This document shows, one piece after another, positions 11,550 through 24,500 of a stretch of 49,937 nt of DNA. The DNA comes from Toensbergia leucococca. Its lineage: Eukaryota. The position numbers and the translations under genes were made by a program. A model generated the notes under the pieces. That model made no database searches and had not been told where the DNA came from. It saw nothing but the letters and a program-made list of their open reading frames with translations. Position 1 is the stretch's first letter; every line of letters begins with the position of its first letter. Where the stretch lies: the NCBI GenBank assembly GCA_022813965.1, contig JALDZS010000029.1:124001-173937 (forward strand), written 5' to 3'.

Positions 11550-13225
11550 ATGATAGCTCATTCTCAGCTTGCACCGCTACCCAGCGAGTTGCCCTTCCGA
11601 ATCGTATCCAAGACAATTGGCCAAGGGGCATATGCATGGTCAGCAAAGTTTCCCGACCATCACGAAGTACACGTGCTGATACTCGGAACAGTATCAAGAA
11701 AGCAACACCACTCGACAGACCAAAACCTGTGGTCGCAGTCAAATTCATCCATAAGAATTTTGCAATTCGACATGGACGTATCACCCAGAAACAGCTGGAT
11801 TTAGAAATTACCCTCCATCAGGCTCTCGGAAAGCATGCTAACATCATACAATTCTTTCTTACCGGTGAAGATCACACATGGAGGTGGATAGCCATGGAAC
11901 TCGCAGAGGGGGGCGATCTTTTCGACAAGATCGAATCCGATGTAGGAGTTGGCGAAGACATTGCCCATTTCTATTTCACCCAACTTTTAAGTGCCGTGGG
12001 CTACATGCATTCGAAGGGTGTGGGACACCGGGACCTCAAGCCAGAGAACATCCTCTTGTCTGCTGAGGGCGATCTCAAGATTGCCGATTTTGGCCTGGCC
12101 ACGTTATTCATGTACAAGGGAACAAGAAAGCTCTGTACGACAAGCTGCGGAAGTCCGCCATATACTGCTCCCGAAGTTTTGACTTGTGACGCTGGGCAAG
12201 CAAAAAAGCACGCCAAGGGCTACTGTGGCGATCTTGTCGATATTTGGTCTTGCGGCGTGATCCTCTTTGTCTTGTTGGTAGGTAACACACCTTGGGAAGA
12301 GCCTTTGGAACGAAGCTATGAGTTTAGCGAATATGTAAGAACAAACGGTCGGCCTGATGATGAGTTGTGGCATAATCTACCCGCTGAAACAGTGTCTCTG
12401 CTGCGCGGTATGATGAGAGTAGATCCTCAATCGCGCTTCTCCCTCGTCGATATACGTCGCCATCCCTGGTATACGAGAAAGAACAAATATCTCAGCGCTG
12501 AAGGCAAGCTTGCAAATCCCATAGCCTTAGCAACGCAGATGTTCGAAAACATGAGAATAGACTTTACTCAAGACCCTATGGCTTCACAACGAAGCCAACG
12601 GTCGGTGGACTCCATGGATATTGATAACCTAGATTGGGACGTTAAGATAGCCTCAACGCAGCCAATAACTCCAACCAATGATATCATGTTTGATTGGGAG
12701 AGACCCCCTCGAGTTGCGACAAATGAAGGTATTTCCGCCAGTCAGCCAGTCATATCTGAGAAGATGCCACTTAGCAGTAGCTGGGATGATCGACTGGCGG
12801 AGGAGCCTTCATTCTCACAATTTTCTGCTACCCCGTCAGTACCGGTCAGCAGAACACAATACGCCAGGCAGTTTCAGGACATTGTGCCTTCACATTCGCT
12901 AACGAGATTTTTCTCACTCTGGTCCTTTGGAACTCTCCTTCCACTCATTTTTGATGCTTTGCATCGTCTGAGTGTACCGGTACCTTCATCGCGCCAGTCT
13001 ACTCCTGATGGTGCAAATGGCACGACGTGGATCAAGATCAGGACCTCGGATACGAGAAACTGTCCTCTCAACGGCGATGTCGTGATCGAAAAAATGGGCA
13101 CTGTAGATGGAGAGTTGGTGGAGATTAACTTTATCAAGGTCAAAGGAGACCCAGTGGAATGGAGGCGGTTTTTCAAAAAGGTGGTTGTCCTTTGCAAGGA
13201 TGCTGTATACAAGCCGGAGGGTTAG
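11550..13225 (+). CDS. chk1: Checkpoint serine/threonine kinase Chk1
   Basis: IGQGAYA, intron 11639-11691, VAVKFIHK, HRDLKPEN, DFG, CGSPPYTAPE; C-terminal LTRFFS and KGDPVEWRRFFK typical of the Chk1 regulatory domain. Confidence 0.93.
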
Positions 13226-13497
13226 AAGTTGTTCCTTGTATTGCAAAAGTTCCACGGAAAAGCATTATTTGGGCGTTCAAAGTCGACGAGGGATATACCC
13301 CAGCATTAGATCAAGGCATATTAGTCAATCAAATATCAATGAACATCCAGAAAAGTCACAACCTCGTCATTCCACAATATGCTTCACGAAACAGCAAGTG
13401 ATTTCACATGTTGTTCTCAGATACCAACATGACACTGAGATGACATTCAGCGCTCACACGAACGCCAGCAACTCTTCACCTTCAGCCCCCACCCACC

Positions 13498-14141
13498 CTA
13501 AGCGTCCTCCACAACTACCGTCGTCAACCCCTTCGGATTCTTCACATTCACTGCCTGCACATAGCTATACAGCTTCTCCTTCGCGCCCTCCTCATCATTA
13601 CGCTTTCGTGAAATCCGAACTCGTAACCGGAAAGGTACGCCTTTGATGCCGGATTCCCAGACCTTTTTGTTGAGTTGGGGGTCGAGGCGGACGTCGCGGG
13701 TGCCCTTGTTTAATAGGTTAGCGGGAGATATTGGAGGATATGGCGGGGAGTGCGGGGAAAAGGGGTGTAATTTTGAGGTTGATTATGTGGATCGGATGGC
13801 AAGTTACCATTGCTTTTTCCGCGAAGCTTCTTATTGCTTTGATGGCTCTTGGGGCTCGCTTTTTGAAGGCTACGCCGTGGATCTAGTAGGGTTCCGCCAT
13901 GTATATGTTAGCCTTTTCGGTTTCTTCTCGAGATTCCTTCCCCGCCCTAGTATATTTTACGGCGGGCTTTAAGCCAGAAAGCAAGGAACTGTGAATTCAA
14001 GGATTCGGAATTCAGAGAGACACGTACTCTTTTGTGTAGATGGATGGTGTATTCGCGCGCGACAACGTCGGCGATGGCGCTGCGGCCGGTGGAAGGTTTA
14101 CCGGCAGGGGGTTTGGCCTTGGTGCGGGCTTTGGAGGGCAT
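13498..14141 (-). CDS. rpl31: 60S ribosomal protein L31 (eL31), 3 coding exons
   Basis: [93 protein letters not shown] possible 5'UTR intron lies at about 14147-14205. Confidence 0.95.
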
Positions 14142-14291
14142 GTTTGCTGAGGGAAGAGTGTCATCCACGAAGAAACAACGGGAAATCAGAAAGGAGCGTT
14201 GTTACCTGTTAGTGGAGTGGTATTCGAATTCGATATTGAGGTCGTCAGATTTTGGAATTTCGAAGTTTGGCGTGTGGGCTGCTCGCTTGTG

Positions 14292-14326
14292 GTAGAATAG
14301 GGCTGATAAATGCACAGGTCACGTGA
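14292..14326. promoter_or_regulatory. Putative rpl31 promoter elements: TAGGGCT (Tbf1-like) plus GTCACGTGA (Cbf1/E-box)
   Basis: tagggct at 14298-14304 and gtcacgtga at 14318-14326, about 160-185 bp upstream of the ATG. A Tbf1+Cbf1 pair is the known ribosomal-protein promoter logic in Candida albicans. Confidence 0.5.
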
Positions 14327-14343
14327 ATCTCAGTATCTTCATA

Positions 14344-14380
14344 CGAGGTCAAAAAATTATCTATTCGGCTGGCCAACGTA
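14344..14380 (+). repeat. Left terminal inverted repeat
   Basis: cgaggtcaaaaaattatctattcggctggccaacgta; the sub-repeat ccaacgtag recurs at 14391. Confidence 0.93.
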
Positions 14381-14455
14381 GGGATTTTGACCAACGTAGT
14401 GATCCTGAAAGCTTCAAATTTCCACCCATTTTCACTCATTTTCACCCATTTTTCA

Positions 14456-15872
14456 ATGATTTGAACCAACGGTGACCTCAATCCTCATAAACGTGGCTGT
14501 CAGATCAGCTCATTCACTAGAGGAGCGATCAGTTATGCAATCAACGTTCAGAAACGCGTCTCATTGAGTGAAATTTCAAACAATCAATACATCAACAACG
14601 TGACTAAGGAACTCAATGTAAATTCACATACGGCCTGAGATATCGCTGCTAGAGGTGTAAAAAGAGCTAGGGAAGATAGTACACATCAGTCTTGCTTTGC
14701 TGGCGAAAATATAGCTGCAGATAAGGGTTCTGGACGACACAAACTCTTGACAGAAGAATAGAAAAAGACTTTATTCAAGAAGGCTACAAGTAGCTATGAA
14801 TGGAGACATGTTAGCTGAGTAAATGTAGCAAAGGTATGTTTTCTGAGTCTTTCTCTCTCTATCATAGCTGATCTCTCTTAAGGAATGCGGCATTCATGCA
14901 TCTCCTCCTACTATACACAAAGCCTTTTTCTCTGCCGGGTTTGAGCGATATCATTCAAGATACAAGCCATTTCTCAATCAGAAGATGAAGGATGACCGCT
15001 TAACCTTCTGTTTGTGACATAAGACATGGACACTGCATAGCAAGGAGGATAATCTATTAGACACAGGTGGTTGAGATCAGGTTATTTTTACTGATGAAAC
15101 CTCTGTTATAATGGGAGAGCACCGGGGAAAAGGCTTGATTACACGCATCAAGGATGAAGAATGGAGTCTGGACTGCATGAAACGTGCGTTCAAAACTAAT
15201 TCTACATTCATGTTCTGAGGTTCTATTGCTTGGGGATGGAAGGGTCCCTGTCACATCTATGAGAAAGAGACTCCAACTGCAAGGGCTTTCTCTAAAGAAG
15301 AGCTGAGAAAAGAGGACATAATTAGATGGATGAAAGAGGAGAAGATCTGACTGACAAAACAAGAGGCTATAGATCCATCCCTAGCTGCTGCTGAAAAGAA
15401 ACGTCAAGGAGTTTATCCTCAGTTCTGCAATAGCTTTCAGCTACAATTATGATCTAAAGGAGAAGGAATTGATTGGTACAGATACAACAGACACATCCTA
15501 CGAGCTCATTTACTCCCTGCATACACGGAATTCAAAAAAACCCACCCGGAGGCTTTGTTAATGCAAGATGGCTGCTCAAACCACACCTCTCACTGGAACG
15601 ATCAAATTTTTCTAGAATTCAACACTGATCTCTTAAAATGGCCCGGCAATTCCTCAGGTCTCAACCCTATAGAACACATATGATGTCTCCTCAAGGATAG
15701 AGTCGCAAAGAGAAGGCCTTATATCAAGGGGTATGAACAGCTACATGCAGCGTGGATGGATGAGTGAGATAAGCTAGATATTGAGAAGGATATCAACCCG
15801 TTGATAGAAAACCTCTCAAGAAGAATCAAACAAGTCTTGAGGGTTGAAGGGAAGAACAACTTTCATGGCTAG
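14456..15872 (+). pseudogene. Tc1-like DDE transposase pseudogene with one intron (14834-14882)
   Basis: After splicing GTATGT...GCTGAT...TAAG it reads in one frame: VIFTDETS, MF*GSI, GIDWYRY, LMQDGC-(34 aa)-LNPIEHI*. It has 11 internal stops and no frameshift. Confidence 0.92.
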
Positions 15873-15928
15873 GTAGATAGATAGTTATAATTCAAGTTTG
15901 GATGGGGTATGCCAAGACTGCACTGCGG

Positions 15929-15965
15929 TACGGTGGCCAGCCGAATAGATAGTTTTTTGACCTCG
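15929..15965 (-). repeat. Right terminal inverted repeat
   Basis: Reverse complement is cgaggtcaaaaaactatctattcggctggccaccgta, matching the left TIR at 35/37. Confidence 0.93.
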
Positions 15966-16179
15966 TATCATTTTTGAATGTTTTGATCCGGTCCACTATG
16001 TAAAATCATATGTCTGTAGGGACAAGTAACCACCAACAACTTCGAGATGCTCCCCAATGAAGGCAAAGATACGCCGGTGCTATGCAGTTCATTCCAGAAC
16101 ATTTCCTGTGCCCACCGTATGCCGCTTATGATTTGAACGCCGTCAAAATCTTCGCCTGTTCCTGCCTTCCATGAAACTC

Positions 16180-17953
16180 TCAAAGACCCGCCATCATATC
16201 CTCATCCACAGCAAACTCGTCGCCCATTGTCATTGGACCTAAGGAGTTCGGATCTCCTCCATTACTCCCACTGTCTTTGCTCTTTTGGGACTTTCTTGCA
16301 GAATCGATGTACTCCTTAGTCAGAGCCATTCTCATTCCGGCTTCTTTGACATGATAATCAAGATTCTGGATTCTCTCCGCCTGAGTTGCAAGATCGTCAA
16401 GTTGCTTTTGCTCTGAACGAGCTTGTGGACCTTCGGTTGAGGACGCCGCGAAACGTAGGATCGAAGGTTTAGCGAGATCTTGAGACCGAGTGACAGTGGC
16501 ATTGAGATGGCCAGAATTAATTAACGACGTCACGTAATTCTCCGTTTCCACCCAATCTTTAGGACCAGGGGATGTACGAAGGGCAACGTCAGCCATCGTA
16601 AGAGCGGCGAAGGTATTCCCAAGCTTCACTATTGCAAAGCGGCGGAACGCGTCGAGGACCTGGAGAAGCAAGCCCGTATTTCCATCCTACCAAGAGCAAG
16701 TCAGTGACCAGAATTGTTTCACCTTCGAAATATATGGAGTGCTTACGCCTTGCCATATACGCTGTCCTGCCTCGAACTCTGCTCTCAACCTGTCTACATT
16801 ACCTAATTTAAAGACATCCGCTATGTTGTCGTATGCTTTGCACAAGGCCTTGTAATTTCTTGTAGCCTGGAAGCTCGTAGTGCCAGGTAATGTCAATGGC
16901 TAAGAAGGCACCAGATTAGAAAGGATCCCTCAATCAGAAAGGCGTACTCACACCCCCATGTAACAGTAAACCGACGAGTACCCATTTTTTATATGCCTCT
17001 ACTTGTATTTTGCTGGTTGCGCTACCTGGTGACATTATGACGATCTCCAGAAGTCGTAGCCCTCGTTCCCAATTCTTCGTAGCCATGTAAAGCATAGCAC
17101 CGTAGACAAAGTAAAGTAAGTAGCTTTGGGAGGTCAGCTGGTCTGACAGAGCTGATGAAGAGTTGATGAAAGAAAATCTCGCTCCATGCGAGCAGAGTAA
17201 GCGCTGAGGGGTATTGAAAGAAGCCTTGTCCATATCTTGAGGGACATGATAAATGTCTTTATCGAGGACAGGTAGAGCATCAACAAATGCATGTGCCTCA
17301 AGGCAAAGTTTGGCGAAGAGTATATGTGTAGATGTTAAACAGGAGCCCGATGGATCCAAACGTAAGATAGCAGATCGAATAGGAGCTACAGCTATAAGAG
17401 GCTAATAATTGTAAGCCACAGCTTGAGCGCAATTCTCAGTGCCAGTGAGAAAACAAACGTTCTTAAAAGCTCGCGCCACAATAGCCACGTATTCGATGAG
17501 ACATCTCAGCTCGGGGCCTGCGTATCTGATTTGAATAGGATCAAAGTGCTCCATGAATTCCAACATTTTTGCCCATAATGATCCTGAAGGAGGGAATGCC
17601 TTGCAAAGCGCCGGATAAGCTAGTACACCGCGCTCTTTGCCACGGATGTGGGCAAGAATGGTATGTAAATACGGTAGAGTGTTGATGGATGGGTTAAGTA
17701 TCTAGGGTGCGCACAGTGTGTCAGTTAGGAGGGTAGCTAAGGCGCGCTGGACGAGACAAAGTGGAATTTTGGGCTAACAAACGTCAAGAAGATCCCCTCC
17801 TCCAGACACGCCTTTAGTCAGATTGATGGTAGGGGTCTGCTCAAGTAGCTGGACCAGGCTCTGGATTTGTTTATCATACTCTGCATCCGAAAGCGGTGTC
17901 GATGGGGCAGGAAGAGGAGGAAATGCAAGAAGATGAGGCAGGAGATCATCCAT
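16180..17953 (-). CDS. csn3: COP9 signalosome subunit 3, 5 exons
   Basis: MDDLLPHLLAFPP; LNPSINTLPYL; FDPIQIRYAG; RLDPSGSCLTSTH; SKIQVEAYKKWVLVGLL; D|GNTGLLLQVLDAFRRF; PCI-like C-terminus. Confidence 0.85.
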
Positions 17954-18522
17954 GGGTGGCGTTTTCTGTGCCTGCCAGCACGGGGGCATCAGCTTTGTTG
18001 CTAGGCATGAAATTGAAGTGAGAGAAGACGGAAGATATTCAATTAACTCACCGCTGAGGCTCGCCGTAGCGAAGCGAGGAGTTTCATGGTTGGTTACTGG
18101 GCCTCCGATATCGGCGGCGACTAGCTGTTGATTTAGAATGATAGGTAAAGGGTGGTGAAAGTCTCCGAATCCAAGGCCGCATGGCACTGATTTATGCCAG
18201 GGAGACAAGCAAGAACCCTCCTTCTTTCCTTAACATCACTCCCTACCGAGTACCATGACACAACTATTACAGTACCAAAGGCTTTGGGCTTTTGGGCTAG
18301 AAAAACCACTAGGTATGGTCAGACAATCAACTTTGACCCATCCGAACACGCAGTACGGACAACTCGTATGCATAATCATGGTCCTTTGCACGGGACAATA
18401 GGTAGGCGCAGTGATACTTGTATATGCTACATTACGACCTGCGTGACAAACAGAGAGAGGAAATCTGAACATCAATAGACATTTGATGAATAAAATCACA
18501 AACGTATAAATTGTACAATTGA

Positions 18523-21500
18523 CTATTTAGAACTTCTCTCCTCGAGCCCGTCAACAATGAGCTGCGTCAAGCTGCTGACGCTCGTATTCTTCGCCAACAA
18601 GGTGACGAACGGCACATCTACCTCCAACGTATGGAAGATGAACGTCCGAAACTCTGCCGCAAGCATTGAATCCAGCCCGAAGTCGCCCAGATTCTGCTCC
18701 GGCTCTAGTTTCTCCACAGGCAGCAAGATGAGATTTGATAGCTTTTTCGCCACGATGGCGCTCACCGTGTCCAATACGGATGCTCCATGGCCCTGTCGCA
18801 ATGCTTTAGCTACTTCTTCTGGTAAACCCTGGGCAGTAGCCGTAGAAGTGCCATCCGCAGCATTGACGCTGCGAGCGAACGCTGCCGAAAAGAGAGAAGC
18901 ACGTGGGTCCGCCAGGACATGATTGTCGCCTTCAAAGCCTCGCTCGCGCTGTTCCTTGAGGCCGGTGAATTCGATGCCGGTAAGTAGGTGACTGCTGACA
19001 AATTTATCATAGTGAGGCTTCCACGTCCTGGGGTGCTGATTTGCAAGGGCTAGATCTAATATCTGCAGTAGCTCATCTTCGTTGATGGCATGGATCCCTT
19101 TGCGCTTCATAAGTTTTTCGATGTCTGGGTGCTCGTGCAGATAACCGACCTCTGAGATCATACCCAAACCCACTGAGATAGCAGGCAGACCGAGGCTATT
19201 GCGATGGCGGGCGAACGAGTCGAGGAAAGCATTTCCTGAACAGTAGTTGCTTTCAGTAGCGGTGCCGACTGTGCCGGAGATAGAAGAGGTCATGAGAAAG
19301 AAGTCCAGCTGTGCATCTCTCCCTCCGTCTCGTAAGGCATTGTGCAGGTTCCAAGTGCCTTGCACCTTGGGACGAGTGCCGGTATGCCAATCGTCGTAGG
19401 ACATGGTACTCCACAGCGCTTCACTAAGGCCCATAGCAGCTTGTACCACGCCGCCAATAGGTAGCTTAGCGGCTTCAATGGCACGTGCGACGTCTTCAAG
19501 ATTCGCGACGTCGCCACGTAAGACGTCTACGACAGCTCCTTGCTTCTGCAAGTCATCAACGAGCAGTTTAGCTCTAGGTTTGTTCAAGCCAGACCGACCA
19601 AGGAACACAAAATTGCAGGCTCCGCAAGCCACCATCCACTTGGATAAACTACGGCCCAGGCCTCCCAGGCAGCCGATCATAAGGTAGCTCTTGGCCTGGC
19701 TGAATGTTGTCTCATACTTGTTGGGCATCCCTTTCAGCCGACTTTTCCCATCTTCAAAGGAAACAGCAACCTTTCCCATTCTAGTGCCAAGCGAGAAATG
19801 TCTGAATGCTTGAGTGATTTTAGAGGCATCAAAGACTTCGAGCGGAGAACAGGGTTTGGCAATCCCACTTCGAATGAGCTCCATACTCTCGGCGAGCAGT
19901 TCGTGCCATAGATTGTGATGGCTTGGCTTGTCAGAAAGGTACAGGCTACTCAAGTCGAATGCGGTGAACGACACGTTACGACTGAATGTGGCCATGTCCA
20001 GGCTACTATGATCAATAATATCACGCTTCCCAATTTCCACAAAGCGACCAAAGTTTGCACATGCTTCGAGGCTACTGTGGAGCAAATCGCCTGTCAGAGA
20101 ATTTAATACGACATCAACGCCTTGACCCGAAGTCGCAAGGAGCGTTGCTTGAACGAATGATGAATCGCGTGAGCTGAAAATGTGATCTGAGTCGAGGCCG
20201 TATGATTTGACCAAGAAAGCCTTTTTCGACTCATTGCCGACAGTCGCAAAAATCTGTGATACATCAGTCGATCTGGAGATGTTGGTTTTTCTGGCATGTG
20301 GAGAATACCTTTGCGCCCAAGTGTTTCGCAAGTTGAATGGCTGCGATACCAACACCACCAGCCGCCGAGTGTATCAGGACCGACTGTAGTATCTATCAGC
20401 TGTCTCTTCACAACTATCGGTGGATCTGTTATGACGAACCTCACCAGGCTGTAAATTAGCCCGGTACTTTAATGCATACAAAGCCGTTGAGAATACTATT
20501 GGGATTGTCGACGCAGTCTACACGATGGATTAGTGTGTAGTCATTCAGGGGACGGTTTGGGATCTGAGTTACTGTGTATCCCTCTTCGTCTTGTAGCTTG
20601 CAGACAGCCCAATGCGGCAGCCGCTCATAACTCGCGAAAGAGCCTGGCGCCATCGCCACAACACGATCTCCAGGCTTCAATCCTCTTACATCAGCTCCTA
20701 CGTCTGTCACGACGCCGGCACACTCGCAAGAGCAAGACACATCCGTGGTGTCAACCTTCGCGCCTAAGACATACAGATCCTACCACAGGCTAAGTGTTCG
20801 CAATTGCTTTATACAGACCCGCCGAAAGCGACATACCTTTGCGTTCATCCCCACACTCTTGACCTGAATCTCCACTTGATCCGTTTTTAACGCATCTCCA
20901 TAATCTTTCTTCTTAAAATGTATTGTATCCAATTGGCCCGGCTGCTTTATACTCAACTGGCTGCGACTAGCGGATTCTAGATCCACGTCAACAGTCTCTT
21001 CGCTCTGCTTTATCCTGAACTGTTTATTGAGAGGCTCTTCCGGTTCCCAGCGAAGCACATGAACAACGCCTCTACTTTGAGCAAACTCAAAGTCCGGGTC
21101 CGGGTCTTCAAGTAGCTGTCTCATGGTACTCTTGATATTTTGCGCAGTGGTATCAAGATCCATCGAGACGTCATCAACATCAAAGACGGAGAATTGGATC
21201 GATGGTTGTTCTAGCATGAGAGCACGAGAAAGGCCGAGCACGAGTGCAAATTCCGGACGCGCACCGTACAGCAGGTCTGAATTAGTTATCCACATAACCT
21301 TTGATGCATTCTCCGTGATGACCTTTATGAATTTCATATCTTGCTCGCTGACGGTGCTTAGCAGCGGCTGGTGAGCCTCTACAGTTGATATGACGACTGA
21401 CCGAGCCGGGACTGTCATTCTATCGACCTGTGAAAGGCCAATGACTAGAACGGGATGTTCAAAGTAAACTTCCAGGACTGACAGGATTTTTGCATCCAAG

Positions 21501-24500
21501 GCTGACAGAGCACGTTCGCGACTAATCTTTAGAGGGATCAACATGAAATTGCTGAGTATATAGGGGAAACATGCGACTTACGAGGACCACATGACGCTGC
21601 TTGAGTCTTTCCTTTAGTTGAGATTGTCTTGCTATCATGGCCACGGCTATAGGAGCTAGAGCATCGTCTGACTCGTGGAAAACGGTTTCCCACTGTGTCT
21701 TACATAAGGCAATCTGGTCAGCTGAAGCTCTGGCAATGACAATGGCCGAGGGCGCTAGCCAATCTCGAAGATGCGACAACGACGTTTCGATTACCTTCAT
21801 GAGCTCATTAGCATTGACGGCGATTTTTAAAAGCTTTGGCATTTTGCGTATCACCTACTGTAGATATGATAACAAGATCAAACTCCTGGCCCTTGGAGAT
21901 GCTCTCAGTGACGCCACTGCTTCCTTCATCATCGGCTATACCTAGGGGTATCTCTGAGCCGAGCAATTCTCCTTTAAAAGAGAAAAACCCCCTAAAGTAG
22001 GAGCTGAAGCGTCTTAATTGCGACTCAGCGTGCATGACGTTCATGAACAGATTCTTAGTCTCTGGCCCACCGCCAAGCTCCAATATGCGCATGCTCGGCC
22101 GCTTGTGCACAGCCAAGTCCAGTAGGCCAGCGAGTCGCTTCAAGCCACCGTCCAGGCATATTCCTCGAGTTCTGAAGGTTTCGGCGAACCAATCAAGGTA
22201 TCTCGAAAGGCTACCGTTGGCACCTGCCGCAATAGCAGTAATATCAGGTTTCCAAGCCACTCTAACCAAGGGGTTTCGCTGCTCGGCAGCTTCTCTTTGT
22301 ACATTGCCCTGATAAGCTATGCATCGCACTTTTTCCATACGTATCAAGACCTGATTCGAGGAGTTGTACAGCTCAGCGTCGATTTTGAATGTACCAAATC
22401 CGACTTTTTCGGACACTGTGTCGATGAACCATTGCTTGTTTGTGTCCATGTCAAGCATAGCCGGAGCTGAGAAGTGAACAAAGTCCACCGTCACTGGGAC
22501 TGTGGCGCGGAGGTCCTTGACCCAGCCGCCTGTTGTCGCCACGAAAGCTGTCTGGAGCATGGAATCAATGCTAATTGGATGTGCAATATACTGTAGCCCT
22601 CCTCTTGCCCCATTATTGTCGCCTCTGAGGAGATGAGTGGTCGCAGATGCCTGGTGAGCCTGTCTTGCTCTGTCGCAGAAGATATCTTCCATGACTGCAA
22701 ATTGCGGGCCCCAATTAAGTCCCTCCTCTTTGAATTTAGCATACCAGACACGATTAGCTTGCTGCTCCATGTTGTCCTTCTTGAGCCGAATCTGACGAGG
22801 GACTATGGCTAGTGAGTTGACTGACAAGCTTACAAGACCATTTGCATGCGTAACGGGATGAGCGTTATCGCCAGTGCAAGACACGACGCTAAAGTGCCAC
22901 CAGCGCTTTGAACTTGTCATGCTCGATATTTGTACCTGCCTCATCTCAGTGAAGATCTCTATTTGGGGCCTCTGGTCTGGGTGAAAATCGAGAGCCTTTA
23001 GAAAGTTGAAATTACGAAGATCAACACCAGGGCATTCATGAAGCTGCAACTCACTGACTTGACACATGGCCTCGACTGCCATCGTGAAGTATGCAGCTGC
23101 AGGAAAAACGATTGAAGGCCCGAGACAGTGATCTCGGAGCCAAGTGACCTCGTTAATGCTAAGGATGTTGCGCCATGTTGTTGTCGATTTGATACCACCA
23201 GGAATCTGAGAGCCAATAAGGTCATGTCGCGGGTATATTCGATTGCGAAATTCGGCGACAGAACGTGGTTCCTTCCAAAGAGTCGGTGCAGTGTAGTCCC
23301 AGGGATAGGTTGGCAGATCGGCGAGATGTTTTGGCTCCTGGACCGTGAAGTCTGGATCATATAATATCATCTTGTCGAATGAGATGTTGTCATGGCCGTG
23401 CAAGAACAACGATCCAACAAGACCAAGCACCGTGACTACCGCATCCTTATTGCGGACGAGCGCCGGGCTGTACGAATAGTAATCTCGAGACTTACCCAAT
23501 CTCGTGGCCGTCTGTGTAATGGGAAGCTCCAGTGAGGAATGAGGGCCAATTTCTATAAAGTGGCATTGTTCGCCTTCCAACAAACCCCTTATCGCATCGT
23601 CGAATCTCACAGGCGATTCCAGGTTCGTTCGCCAGTAGCCTGGTGAACTGACCTTTTCTGGAATGGCATTGAATCCGGTCACTGTTGAGATCATTCGCAC
23701 TGAGGAAAATTTACGATCATCGATGGTCCCGTTACTAAGGCCATTTACAGAGCCATTCGAACAGTGCCAGACAAGCTCGAGCATGGTCTGATAAGACAAT
23801 CCAACGGCCTTCATATGGCGTGAATGATATGCTTTCCCGTCAGTCTTTAACTTCTTTGCAAAGATCTTTCTTTCCTGAAGGACTGTGTACAACTTTTCGA
23901 TTGCTGCGGCATCGCCACTTAGCGTACTACTCTCGGGCGAGTTGGTACACGCGATTCCAGCACTGTTCTGCAAGGTAAGCTCATTGATAATCTCCTGCGC
24001 TTGACTTCGATCAAGGCCTACGGCCATCATGGCTCCGACAGACTGAGATCTCGATACTGCTAGACCCCGGCAGAACGCAGCCACGATAGCTTGACGAGCT
24101 GTAAGGTGACCAGCCGCATATGCTGCTCCGATCTCACCTGATGAGTGACCGATGACAGTCTCCGGTATGATGCCCCATTCGTGCAGTAGATCTGTGAGTG
24201 CTATTTGCACCGCAGTGCAGATTGGTTGAGATTTCTCTGCCAGGTGGATGTCACTTGCTTCCGGAGGAGCAAGAAGCGCTGCCTCCAGACTCCATGCTGG
24301 TGAAAGATCGCTGCTTAGCTCCTGGAGACACGAATCAAGGTATTTTATTGAGTTGCGGAAGACAGAGTATTGATTGATTAGCTGACTTCCCATGCCGGGC
24401 CATTGGGCTCCTTGGCCAGTATAGACGAACACAGTTGGAAGGGTCATAGAAAGTCCAGTGCTTCCCATACTGATTCTGCTTGGTCTTAAGTCGTTTCGTA

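Larger units (their letters stand above)
14344..15965 (+). mobile_element. Tc1/mariner-superfamily DNA transposon (DD34E), full length 1,622 bp, inactivated
   Basis: 37-bp TIRs at 14344-14380 and 15929-15965 (2 mismatches); flanking TA at 14342-14343 and 15966-15967; internal transposase relic. Confidence 0.95.

Noticed and set aside
14456..15872. TGA read as Trp (alternative code or editing) making the transposase functional
   Set aside because: Neighbouring nuclear genes end in TGA, TGG codons are also used, a TAG stop is present, and some TGAs are better explained as CGA>TGA. Mutation is the simpler explanation.
17954..18208. N-terminal extension of csn3 suggested by the ORF track
   Set aside because: Csn3-like sequence starts at MDDLL (17953); the upstream frame looks like 5'UTR or promoter.
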